The position numbers were made by a program, and so were the translations under genes. From Actinomycetota bacterium (GTDB lineage Bacteria; Actinomycetota; Thermoleophilia; BMS3ABIN01), in assembly GCA_016235065.1 (NCBI GenBank), contig JACRMB010000005.1, forward strand, positions 9,524-73,523: a stretch of DNA of 64,000 nucleotides, given 5' to 3'. Positions 55,530 to 64,000 of this stretch are shown piece after piece; position 1 is the stretch's first letter, and each line of letters starts with the position of its first letter. Below the pieces are notes generated by a model that was not told the origin of the DNA, made no database searches, and saw only the letters and a program-made list of their open reading frames with translations.

Positions 55530-55558
55530 ATTTTATTAATGTGTATTTGTAGAGTCAA
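55530..55558 (-). promoter_or_regulatory. Candidate promoter TTGACT-N17-TAAAAT giving a leaderless transcript
   Basis: On the minus strand, TTGACT lies at 55558-55553 and TAAAAT at 55535-55530. Only 6 nt (GTCTCT, no SD) separate the -10 from ATG 55523. Confidence 0.5.
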
Positions 55559-55659
55559 CAATATTACAACTAAAGATACCCCTCTGAAGTTACGCTCAAA
55601 CGGGGCTATCTGATTGGACGGGGTTTGGTACGGGCGGCTCAGGTTTGCCGGTGTCCCGG

Positions 55660-56439
55660 TCAGATACGAGGGTTCAGACCGAAGACTTCAAGGAAATTCT
55701 CATTTACCTGTCTGGCCAGATCCGGTGCGCAGACACCGCGAATAGCAGCGATCTCATCGAGGATGAAACGGATATATGCCGGTGAGTTATCGTGCCCTCT
55801 TTTCGGTACAGGAGCCAGAAAGGGGGAATCGGTCTCGGTCAGGAGCAGGTTTGCCGGAATGCGGGATACGGCATCACGCAGCCCGGTTGCCTTGGGGAAG
55901 GTCACGTTGCCGGCTATCGACATGAAATATCCACGTTCGGCACAGGCTTCGACCTGCTCATGCAGGGAAAAACAGTGCAGGATGACCTGTAAACCAGAAC
56001 TATGCTTTTCCAGGAGCTCCATTATCTGCTCAGAAGCCTCACGGGAGTGAACCATGAGCGGCAGACCGGTCTCGCGGGCGAGATCCATGTGCATCCTGAA
56101 GGCGTTTTCCTGTACCTGCCTAGGACTGCGGTCGCGATAGAAATCGAGCCCGGTCTCGCCGATGGCGACTACTCTATCTGAAGCTCCGGCAAGCCGGGCC
56201 AGTTCGTCCATGTCTGAGTCGCTGATCTTGGCGGAGGCATTGGGGTGGATCCCGACGGCGGCATAGACTCGATCGTCGGATGTAGCAGCTTCTACCGCCA
56301 TTCCGCTCGAACTGAGGTCTATTCCCACGGTTACCATATGGCTCACACCTGCCTGCTTTGCTTCCGAGAGGGCGGTTGTGGGGTCTTTCAGCAGATCCAG
56401 ATGGCAATGGCTATCTACCAGGTTCGAAGATTCAGACAT
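55660..56439 (-). CDS. tatD: TatD-family metal-dependent hydrolase
   Basis: 259 aa with VDSHCHLD, AIGETGLDFYR, VHSREA and LLLETDSPFL-type motifs. It lies downstream of metG. Confidence 0.9.
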   Translation of the reverse strand: MSESSNLVDSHCHLDLLKDPTTALSEAKQAGVSHMVTVGIDLSSSGMAVEAATSDDRVYAAVGIHPNASAKISDSDMDELARLAGASDRVVAIGETGLDFYRDRSPRQVQENAFRMHMDLARETGLPLMVHSREASEQIMELLEKHSSGLQVILHCFSLHEQVEACAERGYFMSIAGNVTFPKATGLRDAVSRIPANLLLTETDSPFLAPVPKRGHDNSPAYIRFILDEIAAIRGVCAPDLARQVNENFLEVFGLNPRI

Positions 56440-56446
56440 CTCCTGA

Positions 56447-57961
56447 TCAGTCCAGCTTCGGGAAAAGGGGTTCTCCGGAAACTACCGCCGCGCCTGCTTT
56501 GGCTCCTCCCCACTCTGCGTTCTCAAGCGCCATGTCTGATGCATCGCCTGCCTGTCCCAGCCGTCTGAGGATCTCGATCGTAGTCACTGGCATGAAGGGG
56601 TGCAGTAAAAGGGCGCAGATCCTCAGGCCCTCCACAAGCTCATAGAGGACGTCATCGAGCTGTTCACGGTTTGCCTCGTCTTTTGCAAGTTTCCAGGGTG
56701 CGCTGTCTTCCACATGCTTGTTGAGGGTGCGGACAAAGTGCCAGATGCTTTCTAGGCAGCCGGTCAGCTCGACATTAGCGAGTGCCTCGCCAGTGTCGAT
56801 GCCAAGCTGCTGAACCTGGACTGCGAGTGCGGATTCGTCTGTAGATGGCTTGGGAACCATGCCATCGCAATATTTCGATACCATGGCGACCGTACGGCTA
56901 AGCAGATTACCCAGCTCGTTGGCGAGCTCGGCGTTATAGCGTGATTCAAAACCCTCCATGGAGATGACGCCGTCCTGGCCGAACGTAACTTCGCGAAAGC
57001 AGTAGAAGCGGAACGCGTCGACGCCATATCTATCCATGACCTCAAAGGGATCGAGGACATTGCCCCGGGTCTTGCTCATCTTCTGGCCGCCCATGAGCAG
57101 ATATCCATGGATGAAAAGATGCCGGGGCAGCTCGTAGCCTGAGGCCATCAAAAGGGCAGGCCAGATAACGGCATGGAACTTGAGGATATCCTTGGCCATC
57201 AGATGGTAGTCAGCCGGCCAGTATCGGGGAACCAGGTTCTCGGGACGGGCGTACTGGAGCGCAGTTATATAGTTCAGGAGCGCATCGACCCAGACATAGA
57301 CGACCTGCTTCTCGTCCCAGGGGATAGGGATACCCCACTCCAGGGTAGCCCTGCTGATGCTGATATCCTCGAGGCCCTGATCGATGAAGCTCCGGGCTTC
57401 GTTGTAACGGGTATTAGGTTTTACGAAATCAGGATGGCCATCATAGAAATCGAGCAGGGCCTGCTGGTATTTGGAAAGACGGAAGAAATAGTTCTCCTCC
57501 TCGATCAGCTCCGGTACGGTGCCATGGTCGGGACATTTGCCATCGACCAGGTCTTTTTCCGGATAGAAGGTCTCGCAGGAGCTGCAATACAGGCCACTGT
57601 ATGATTTGAGATAGATGTCGCCCTTGTCGTAGAGCTGCTGGATGAAACTCTGAACCGCCTTGCAGTGCTCTGCGTCAGTTGTACGGATGAAGAAGTCGTT
57701 GGTCGCGTTCACCTTGCGTGCGAGTTCCCTGAATTTCACGACCATCTCGTCGACGTGCTCTGCCGGTGACAGGCCGCGCTTCTGGGCTGCCCGGGCAGCA
57801 GGATTGCCATGCTCGTCAGTTCCGGTGAGGAAGAAGACATCTTCTCCCAGCTGACGGTGATGGCGCGCCAGCACGTCGGCAGCTATCGTCGTATAGGCAT
57901 GCCCTATATGAGGCACATCGTTCACATAATAGATGGGTGTTGTGATGTAGAAAGTATTCAT
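56447..57961 (-). CDS. metG: Methionine--tRNA ligase
   Basis: 504 aa with TTPIYYVNDVPHIGHAYT, the Zn knuckle CSSCETF...CPDHG and KMSKTRGN. Confidence 0.94.
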   Translation of the reverse strand: MNTFYITTPIYYVNDVPHIGHAYTTIAADVLARHHRQLGEDVFFLTGTDEHGNPAARAAQKRGLSPAEHVDEMVVKFRELARKVNATNDFFIRTTDAEHCKAVQSFIQQLYDKGDIYLKSYSGLYCSSCETFYPEKDLVDGKCPDHGTVPELIEEENYFFRLSKYQQALLDFYDGHPDFVKPNTRYNEARSFIDQGLEDISISRATLEWGIPIPWDEKQVVYVWVDALLNYITALQYARPENLVPRYWPADYHLMAKDILKFHAVIWPALLMASGYELPRHLFIHGYLLMGGQKMSKTRGNVLDPFEVMDRYGVDAFRFYCFREVTFGQDGVISMEGFESRYNAELANELGNLLSRTVAMVSKYCDGMVPKPSTDESALAVQVQQLGIDTGEALANVELTGCLESIWHFVRTLNKHVEDSAPWKLAKDEANREQLDDVLYELVEGLRICALLLHPFMPVTTIEILRRLGQAGDASDMALENAEWGGAKAGAAVVSGEPLFPKLD

Positions 57962-58063
57962 GCGATGTCCCAGGGTCGGATCCGGATTTCGCTGTAGGTA
58001 TACTAGCAGCTGACCGGGGTCAGGAGAATAACATCGACCATCGGATGCCTCCGGGGCGGCGTT

Positions 58064-59083
58064 TCAGCATGCCGGCGCCGGTTTCTGACGGATCGCCCTG
58101 GAAAACAGGCCGCTTCCAGTGGTGGCCAATATCAATAATCCAGCCAGCAGCAGATTGCCTGTCGGCGAAACACCACTGATGGAAGTGGATGGGCGCCTGC
58201 CCGACAGATCGATATTTGGTGGTTTTTGCTGGCGGGAAAATGAGCCGTCGCTGAATCGCAGCGACAGCCTGCCAGCATCGGACGAAGCGGGATCGTCTAG
58301 CGTGACAGGCACAGCTACCATTTCCGGACCAGTTGGGAGCGTGGCTATATCGATGCCGTCAAGATCTCCAAGGCTGGCAGCTGTGGTGGATGCCGGGGTT
58401 GTGATCGGAACGGTCTGACTATCAGGGATCGCTACCGATTCTGTAATCGCATTGTCCGCGGCGTTTACCGGTTCTGCGACCGTGGAAGAGCCAGCGGCCG
58501 GTTGTGAAGTTGCCGGGTCGGACTCCGGCGTCGCCAAAGCTGGATCGGTTCCGGTTATCGAATCTGAATCAGCCGGACCTGGCGAAACAGTGGAGGGCTC
58601 TGGCGTGGCCAGCAGGGCGACTGGATTGAAATAGGCTTCCCTTCCAGCGGTGACTTTCATGCCGAAGTGTAATGGTGAACCGTCAGACACTGCAAGCTGC
58701 TGACCATTTGATACCACCTGGCCCTGTGACACCCTTAGCTGGGCCAGGTGAAGATATGTTGTCCTCATGCCGCCGTCATGATCGATGCAGACAGTGATGC
58801 CTCCACCTTCAGCAGGCGTATAGCCGGCGAAGGCGACGACACCAGAGCCGCTCGCCAGAATGGGATCACCCTGGGCTACGGCTATGTCTATCCCCCGATG
58901 TCCCCTGTCCGTGCGGCAGTCGAGGCTCCACCCTGAAGTCACCTGTCCGGATGCGGGCCATAAGAAACCACCTGGAGGGAGCGGTGGTTCCACACCGCAT
59001 GCTGCAAACGATGCAGCAGGAAAAAGCAAGGGGAAAATAGATACGACCAGCATTGAGCAACCCATCAAGATCCGCTTCCACAT
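58064..59083 (-). CDS. M23 (LytM) peptidase with Thr/Pro/Ala-rich linker and C-terminal hydrophobic anchor
   Basis: ATG 59083 follows GGAGG and gives a signal peptide. HRGIDIAV and LHFG supply the M23 metal ligands. The C-terminus has a TM-like segment plus a basic tail. Confidence 0.82.
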   Translation of the reverse strand: MWKRILMGCSMLVVSIFPLLFPAASFAACGVEPPLPPGGFLWPASGQVTSGWSLDCRTDRGHRGIDIAVAQGDPILASGSGVVAFAGYTPAEGGGITVCIDHDGGMRTTYLHLAQLRVSQGQVVSNGQQLAVSDGSPLHFGMKVTAGREAYFNPVALLATPEPSTVSPGPADSDSITGTDPALATPESDPATSQPAAGSSTVAEPVNAADNAITESVAIPDSQTVPITTPASTTAASLGDLDGIDIATLPTGPEMVAVPVTLDDPASSDAGRLSLRFSDGSFSRQQKPPNIDLSGRRPSTSISGVSPTGNLLLAGLLILATTGSGLFSRAIRQKPAPAC

Positions 59084-59251
59084 GGTAACCGCCTCCACTC
59101 GAGCTTACGTGTTGTCATTGCGGGCGACAGGAAGAATCTATCATTGCTGCTGGCGGCTGACAATGGAGTAACGCGTCTCTCAATGAAAAATCGAGCTAAG
59201 TGCGGAAAAAAAATTGGCGCCATACAAAGTGGGCTGTACCAAAGATCAAAA

Positions 59252-60799
59252 TCAGGCAGTGGGCCTGCCGGCGATGATCTCCTTGATGATGTCGCTGTCG
59301 TTGAAGGGGAGCGAGCTGTCACCGATGATCTGACTGGTTTCGTGTCCTTTGCCGGCAATCAGAATCGTGTCTCCGTGGGCTGCAGCACTTACCGCGGCTT
59401 CGATCGCTTCCCGGCGGTCCATGATCCTCAGATAAGATACACCGGAATCGATGAGTCCGGGCTCGGTCTGGTCGAGGATCTGCTCCGGAGGTTCCCCGTA
59501 GCAGTCGTCGGTCGTGAGGATGGCTGTGTCAGCCAGTGAGCCGGCGGTCCTGCCCATGGCTGGACGCTTGTCACGGTCCCTCTCACCCGGGCATCCGAAA
59601 ACAAGGATCAATTTTCCTTGAGTCAACGATCTGGCTGCGGTGAGAGCCTTGGCCAGACCGTCTTCGTTATGGGCATAGTCAACGACCACCCTGAACGGCG
59701 CATCCACGTCTACAGGTTCGAATCGGCCAGGCGCGCCGCGCGAGGCGGACAGTCCGGCTGCGATCGTCTCGGTAGTTATCCCGATGGCGAGCGCGGCGGC
59801 CGCCGAACCGAGCGCGTTCTCGAGGTTGTAGGCTCCCGGAAGGTGAAGCCTGACCGGCGCCTGACCCTCAGGTGTGATCAGGTCGAACCCGGTCTCCCAG
59901 CCGGCGTACTCGATATTGCCTGCGCGAACAGTGGCTTCCTTTCTCAACCCGAATGTCGTAGCGCGCTCGCTGAACTCCCTGGCCAGCAGCTGACCGTATC
60001 TATCGTCGATATTGATGGCAGCAAGCGGGACTGAGCCGATGGCTGCCTCAGGTTCACCAGGCCGGTCGAGGGATCCGGCGAAGAGGCTGCGCTTGGCCTG
60101 GAAGTAATGTTCCATGCTACCGTGCAGGTCCAGATGGTCCCGGGTGAGGTTGGTGAAGACGGCGGCAGTGAAATCGAGGCAGGCGACGCGATAAAGATCG
60201 ATGCCATGGGAAGATACTTCCATGGTCGCAGCCCGTACATCGGAGTCGCACATCTCATTCAGCATCCGTTGAAGATCGATCGCTTCGGGGGTAGTGCGCC
60301 TGGCTGGCACCGTCGTCCCGCCGATCCGGTATTCAATACCACCGATAAGGCCGGTTTTCATGCCTGCCTCGCGCAGGATGGCATCGATCATGTAAGTCGT
60401 GGTCGTCTTGCCGTTGGTGCCGGTGACTCCGATAAGCGACAGTTTTTTGGAGGGATTCCCGTAAAAGGCAGCGGCGACAAAGGCCATCGCCTTTCGAACC
60501 GACGGGACCTGCACCTGGGGAATGCCGGCATCTTCGATCCATCGCTCAGTCAGGACAGCGGCGGCGCCGGCATCACGGGCCCTGCCGATAAATTCGTGTC
60601 CGTCGACTTTGAAGCCCGGGACTGCCGCAAACAGGAATCCGGTCTCGACTGATCGGGAATCATAGGCGAGACCTGTTATGGGGAAGCCGTCGCTGGCGGG
60701 TTCACGGCGGAGCACCTGTCCCCCCAGCTCTGAAAGCAGATCATTGAGATAAACAGGGACTGGAGAAGTCACGGCATGCCCGTCAGGCGGACTCACCAT
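59252..60799 (-). CDS. murE: UDP-N-acetylmuramoyl-L-alanyl-D-glutamate--2,6-diaminopimelate ligase
   Basis: 515 aa with GVTGTNGKTTT and a DYAHNEDGL-type motif. The DNPR-equivalent region reads PGERDRDKRP. Confidence 0.92.
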   Translation of the reverse strand: MVSPPDGHAVTSPVPVYLNDLLSELGGQVLRREPASDGFPITGLAYDSRSVETGFLFAAVPGFKVDGHEFIGRARDAGAAAVLTERWIEDAGIPQVQVPSVRKAMAFVAAAFYGNPSKKLSLIGVTGTNGKTTTTYMIDAILREAGMKTGLIGGIEYRIGGTTVPARRTTPEAIDLQRMLNEMCDSDVRAATMEVSSHGIDLYRVACLDFTAAVFTNLTRDHLDLHGSMEHYFQAKRSLFAGSLDRPGEPEAAIGSVPLAAINIDDRYGQLLAREFSERATTFGLRKEATVRAGNIEYAGWETGFDLITPEGQAPVRLHLPGAYNLENALGSAAAALAIGITTETIAAGLSASRGAPGRFEPVDVDAPFRVVVDYAHNEDGLAKALTAARSLTQGKLILVFGCPGERDRDKRPAMGRTAGSLADTAILTTDDCYGEPPEQILDQTEPGLIDSGVSYLRIMDRREAIEAAVSAAAHGDTILIAGKGHETSQIIGDSSLPFNDSDIIKEIIAGRPTA

Positions 60800-61895
60800 C
60801 CTCGATACCTTTTTTCTCGAGCAGGGGCCGGTCCCATTTTTCCAGGATCATTTCCTCCCGGCAGAAATCGATGGTTACCTTGATGATCGCGACCAGCGGG
60901 ACGGCAAGCAGACCTCCGGCGATACCGGCGATGCTGGCGCCGCTGAGGACAGCGAACATCACCCAGAGCGGGTGTACGCCGACGCTCTTGCCCATGATGC
61001 GTGGGACCAGTAGATGCCCCTCGAGCTGTTGCGCCAGCAGGAACAGGAGCGCGACCCAAAGAGCCCTGCCCGGGCTGACGATGAAATATGAGAGGACTAC
61101 TGCCGGCGCCGCGCCGATGAACGGGCCGATCAGGGGGATGACTTCAGTTATTCCGACCCACACTGCGATTATGAATACGTACTCTCCCGCACCGCCATAG
61201 AAGGCTATCATGCCGCCGATCAATCCCATTATGGTCGACAGGAGCAGCTGGCCCCGCAGGTAGCTTCCGAGGGCCGACTGGACCCGGGCGAACAGCCTGA
61301 CGGCGTCGTCACGGAACTGCGGCGGAAAAGCGTTCTTCGCGGTCTTCCTGAATCTGTGCGAATCGATCAGCATGTAGATGCTGATGACGATCACGAGGAA
61401 GGCATTAAAAACCGTATTGAAAAGCAGCTGGGCGAAGCTGAGTGCCTGCTTTGCTACTTCCTCGCCGCCGGATGCAAGCTTGCCTGCTATATCGCCTGGT
61501 GTGATGTCTGGCTTGTATGGAAGTTCGAGTTCCCCGAACCATTTCTGAACGTCGCGGACGATAGACTCAGTCCGGTCGGTATATTCCGGGATATGATCGA
61601 TCAGATAATTCAGTTCAGCGATGACGTTGGGTACGATCAGGGCGATGACGCCGGCGAGGATCGCCAGGAGCATCACCCAGACTATCACTACGGCGAGAAT
61701 GCGCGGCAGGCGCACTTTGTTCTGGAGCAGGCTGACCGGCTGGTCGAGAACGAAAGCCAGGATCGCAGCCAGCAGGAACATGATGACTATCGTGCGGATG
61801 GCGCTGACGAACCAGAGCCCAAGCAGCAGCGCCAGGGGCAGCAGGATGTACTGTACATACTTCGGAACAAGTATTTTTTCTCTCAAAGCGGACAT
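60783..61895 (-). CDS. AI-2E family (PerM/YhhT-like) transporter
   Basis: 370 aa with ~8 TM helices. The conserved C-terminal region is EVIPLIGPFIGAAP...LLAQQLEGHLLVPRIMG. Confidence 0.85.
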   Translation of the reverse strand: MSALREKILVPKYVQYILLPLALLLGLWFVSAIRTIVIMFLLAAILAFVLDQPVSLLQNKVRLPRILAVVIVWVMLLAILAGVIALIVPNVIAELNYLIDHIPEYTDRTESIVRDVQKWFGELELPYKPDITPGDIAGKLASGGEEVAKQALSFAQLLFNTVFNAFLVIVISIYMLIDSHRFRKTAKNAFPPQFRDDAVRLFARVQSALGSYLRGQLLLSTIMGLIGGMIAFYGGAGEYVFIIAVWVGITEVIPLIGPFIGAAPAVVLSYFIVSPGRALWVALLFLLAQQLEGHLLVPRIMGKSVGVHPLWVMFAVLSGASIAGIAGGLLAVPLVAIIKVTIDFCREEMILEKWDRPLLEKKGIEDGESA

Positions 61896-61901
61896 CGTAC
61901 T

Positions 61902-63116
61902 TTATTCCTGCTCGGGAGCGACGACTTCTTCAGCCACTGCAGCTGCGCCGGGATCCGGTGGCTGCCACTTCTCCAGGGAGATCCGTGGTTTGAAGAATGA
62001 GAACAGTTCACGTCCGAGGGCGACGGTAGGCAGGGCCAGCAGCATGCCGGGGATGCCGAACATGTTTGCCCCGGCCAGGACAGCGAAGATGACCACCAGC
62101 GGGTGGACTCCGACTGCCTGGCCCATGATATTGGGAACCAGGACGTGTCCTTCGACCTGCTGGATGAAGACGAATACCAGGATGACCGCCAGCGATATCC
62201 AGGGAGAGGTGAAAAAAGCCAGAAAGACCGGCGGCACTGCTGCCAGGATCGGGCCGATGTATGGAATGAACTCCATCAGCCCCGCCCAGGCCCCGAAAAA
62301 GACTGAATACTGTGCTCCCTGTGGCCAGACGCCGATCGCTCCCAGAAACCAGATACCAAGGCCCGAGCTGATGCCTATGAGCAGGCTCAGAAGCGCCTGG
62401 GCGCGAACCCAGTGAGTGACCGCCCGTTCGCTGCGCTGCACGAATTCATCGGCTTCAGCCTGGTGATCCGGAGGAAAGAAGCGCCGGACGACGCGTCCGA
62501 TACGCTTGGCGTCCAGCAGCATATAGATGGTTATCACTATCATAAGGAACAGGGTGGTGATCATGCTTACGAAGTTGATGGAATATGCCAGAAGCATCGT
62601 GCCCAGATCCACAGCCGCCGTCTCAAGCCTGTCGACGATCCGGTCCACCTCGTTGCTGGCATCGAAGGGCAGATTCAGGGATTCGAGACTGGATTTCCAG
62701 CCACCCACATGCTCACGGATCGTGTCGGTGTAGTCCGGGAGGTTGTCGACCAGCTCCTGAAGCTGGGTGACGGTCGGCGGGATGACCAGGATGAAGAACA
62801 CGACGATGATTGCCAGCAGTGTCAGGAAGACGATAAAAACACCGATGAAACGTGGAATCCTGAGGACTTCCAGCTTTTTCACCAAGGGGTTGATCATCAG
62901 GGAAAGGATCGTGGCTGCGGCGAAGATGAATATCACCTGGATCAGGGCAGAGGCTGTGAACCACGCAAATAGCGCCAGGACCGGCAGGCCGACCATCTGT
63001 ACCCATCGCGGAATCCTGATGCTCAGCCGTCCCCTTTCGGGGCTGAGGTTCTCCGCATCGGCGGAATTCAGATTTTCTTTGTTGTTCTCCGGCACGCCGC
63101 CCTCATTATATATCAC
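61902..63116 (-). CDS. AI-2E family transporter (tandem paralogue)
   Basis: 404 aa with the same architecture, EFIPYIGPILAAVP...FIQQVEGHVLVPNIMG. Confidence 0.85.
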   Translation of the reverse strand: MIYNEGGVPENNKENLNSADAENLSPERGRLSIRIPRWVQMVGLPVLALFAWFTASALIQVIFIFAAATILSLMINPLVKKLEVLRIPRFIGVFIVFLTLLAIIVVFFILVIPPTVTQLQELVDNLPDYTDTIREHVGGWKSSLESLNLPFDASNEVDRIVDRLETAAVDLGTMLLAYSINFVSMITTLFLMIVITIYMLLDAKRIGRVVRRFFPPDHQAEADEFVQRSERAVTHWVRAQALLSLLIGISSGLGIWFLGAIGVWPQGAQYSVFFGAWAGLMEFIPYIGPILAAVPPVFLAFFTSPWISLAVILVFVFIQQVEGHVLVPNIMGQAVGVHPLVVIFAVLAGANMFGIPGMLLALPTVALGRELFSFFKPRISLEKWQPPDPGAAAVAEEVVAPEQE

Positions 63117-63189
63117 CGAACGAGCTTAAATCGTCCATGGCCAGCCAGGCTTAAGTCGCAATATCTAGTGCGGAAAAGCACAATGGGTC

Positions 63190-63217
63190 TTGAAAAAGGA
63201 CCCGGTCGTGATAAAGT
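63190..63217 (+). promoter_or_regulatory. Candidate promoter TTGAAA-N16-TAAAGT with a very short leader
   Basis: TTGAAA lies at 63190-63195 and TAAAGT at 63212-63217. ATG 63229 follows after 11 nt without an SD. Confidence 0.3.
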
Positions 63218-63228
63218 TATCTCCTGAT

Positions 63229-64000
63229 ATGGCTTTAGAGCCCCACACTCTGCAGCCGCGGGTTTCATCAAGATATCGCTATCGATGGCACTCCGCGGCT
63301 TTTCTTGCGACTATGTTCGTCCTTGCCCTGGTGGCACTGGGTGCTGTTATTGCTTCTTCGAGGGCTGCGTCGACTCCCCTTCTAGATGAGCATACGATGG
63401 CCGCCGCCAGGGAGGTCGCGTCGACCCATGAACCAGCCAGGATCGCCCTGGCTACGGCTGGCGAAATCAATCTGATGCTCCCTATCTTCGAGCAGGAAAT
63501 CACCGCAGTCGGTTATCATCCTGTCGATGGCGACAATCTTATCACCCTCCAACCCACCGGACGTCATCTCAACGGTTCGCTGATGTCGAGCCTGGGCCAG
63601 GTATCGCAGCCCGACGGTATGGGTTTTTATCTAATGGAAGAGGGTGGCAGGTTCGGGACGGCCACCTGCTCGCTCGACGTGGGCGCTCCCGCCGGTACGG
63701 TCGTGTTTGCGCCTGTCGACGGTATCGTTGCCGGGATCAGGAATTACAATATTCGCGGTGAGTGTCCGGATACCGAAGTCAAGATCCAGCCCCAGTACCA
63801 GTCGAACATACTGGTGGTTATGACCCACATGGGCAACATCCAGGCTACTCTGGGGCAGCCAGTCCGGGCAGGAGAGACCCGGCTGGGCTCGGTGCGGGGT
63901 CTGGACGGCTGTCTCGAACAGCAGCTCAGCCGCTATACCTATGACAGCGGCAATCATCTGCACATGCAGGTCGAATACCTCAATACCAAGTCGAGACCGT
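63229..64000 (+). CDS. Membrane-anchored M23/LytM-like protein (3' end lies outside the window)
   Basis: This ORF is not in the track because it has no stop in the window. My own translation gives a basic N-terminus, the TM segment FLATMFVLALVALGAVIA, then GAPAGTVVFAPVDGIVAGI and GNHLHMQVE (HxH). The minus-strand ORFs listed here are shadows. Confidence 0.6.
   Translation, partial: MALEPHTLQPRVSSRYRYRWHSAAFLATMFVLALVALGAVIASSRAASTPLLDEHTMAAAREVASTHEPARIALATAGEINLMLPIFEQEITAVGYHPVDGDNLITLQPTGRHLNGSLMSSLGQVSQPDGMGFYLMEEGGRFGTATCSLDVGAPAGTVVFAPVDGIVAGIRNYNIRGECPDTEVKIQPQYQSNILVVMTHMGNIQATLGQPVRAGETRLGSVRGLDGCLEQQLSRYTYDSGNHLHMQVEYLNTKSRP

Noticed and set aside
58064-58190. Sortase-type sorting signal at the C-terminus of the M23 peptidase (VSPTGN, then a hydrophobic stretch, then RAIRQK)
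   Set aside because: The tripartite shape is suggestive, but the motif lacks the LPxTG/LAxTG register (P-T-G with no x position). No sortase gene is in the window. I treat it as a plain C-terminal membrane anchor.
63279-63963. Minus-strand ORFs 63279-63503, 63382-63567 and 63631-63963
   Set aside because: The plus strand carries an uninterrupted frame from ATG 63229 to the window end, with a TM anchor and M23-like motifs. The minus ORFs are shadows.

Overview
The window is a gene-dense, roughly 58-60% GC bacterial chromosomal segment. About 74 protein genes, one tRNA-Pro and one riboswitch are supported. I saw no rRNA, CRISPR array, transposase, integrase or prophage signature.

Most of the window is a housekeeping backbone:
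- dapF-dapL-hflX-dut
- the conserved minus-strand block rpsB-tsf-pyrH-frr-uppS-cdsA-dxr-rseP-ispG-proS
- tsaE-tsaB-rimI-tsaD
- panCD
- argS, metG-tatD, murE, fpg and nifS-nifU

Several traits suggest a deep-branching Actinomycetota-like organism. This is inference only. The traits are an FHA gene followed by a MerR gene as in garA/odhI-ftsR, a ZAS anti-sigma/ECF sigma pair next to trxA, an RsiG-like coiled-coil protein, a long Ala/Lys/Pro tail on S2, and probable leaderless genes.

The non-housekeeping content is dominated by c-di-GMP signalling and polarity-type regulators:
- a class I c-di-GMP riboswitch with its own terminator in front of a small secreted protein of unknown function
- two GGDEF cyclases with intact I-sites
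- one HAMP-GAF-GAF-HD-GYP phosphodiesterase
- a 90-aa protein carrying a near-exact RsiG c-di-GMP-binding motif
- an mglB-mglA Roadblock/Ras-like GTPase pair
- a DUF4388/PATAN-like protein next to an RCK channel

Other points worth a second look:
- an Rrf2-TusA fusion regulator, probably leaderless, in front of nifS-nifU
- an archaeal-type HPS-RraA fusion
- a nucleotidyltransferase-PMM fusion whose PMM catalytic motifs look degenerate
- two genes (fpg, pgsA) that appear to need CTG initiation
- a perfect 42-bp tandem duplication that contains the stop codons of two convergent genes

I found no defence or mobile system. All family assignments come from reading the translations by eye and need HMM or covariance-model confirmation.
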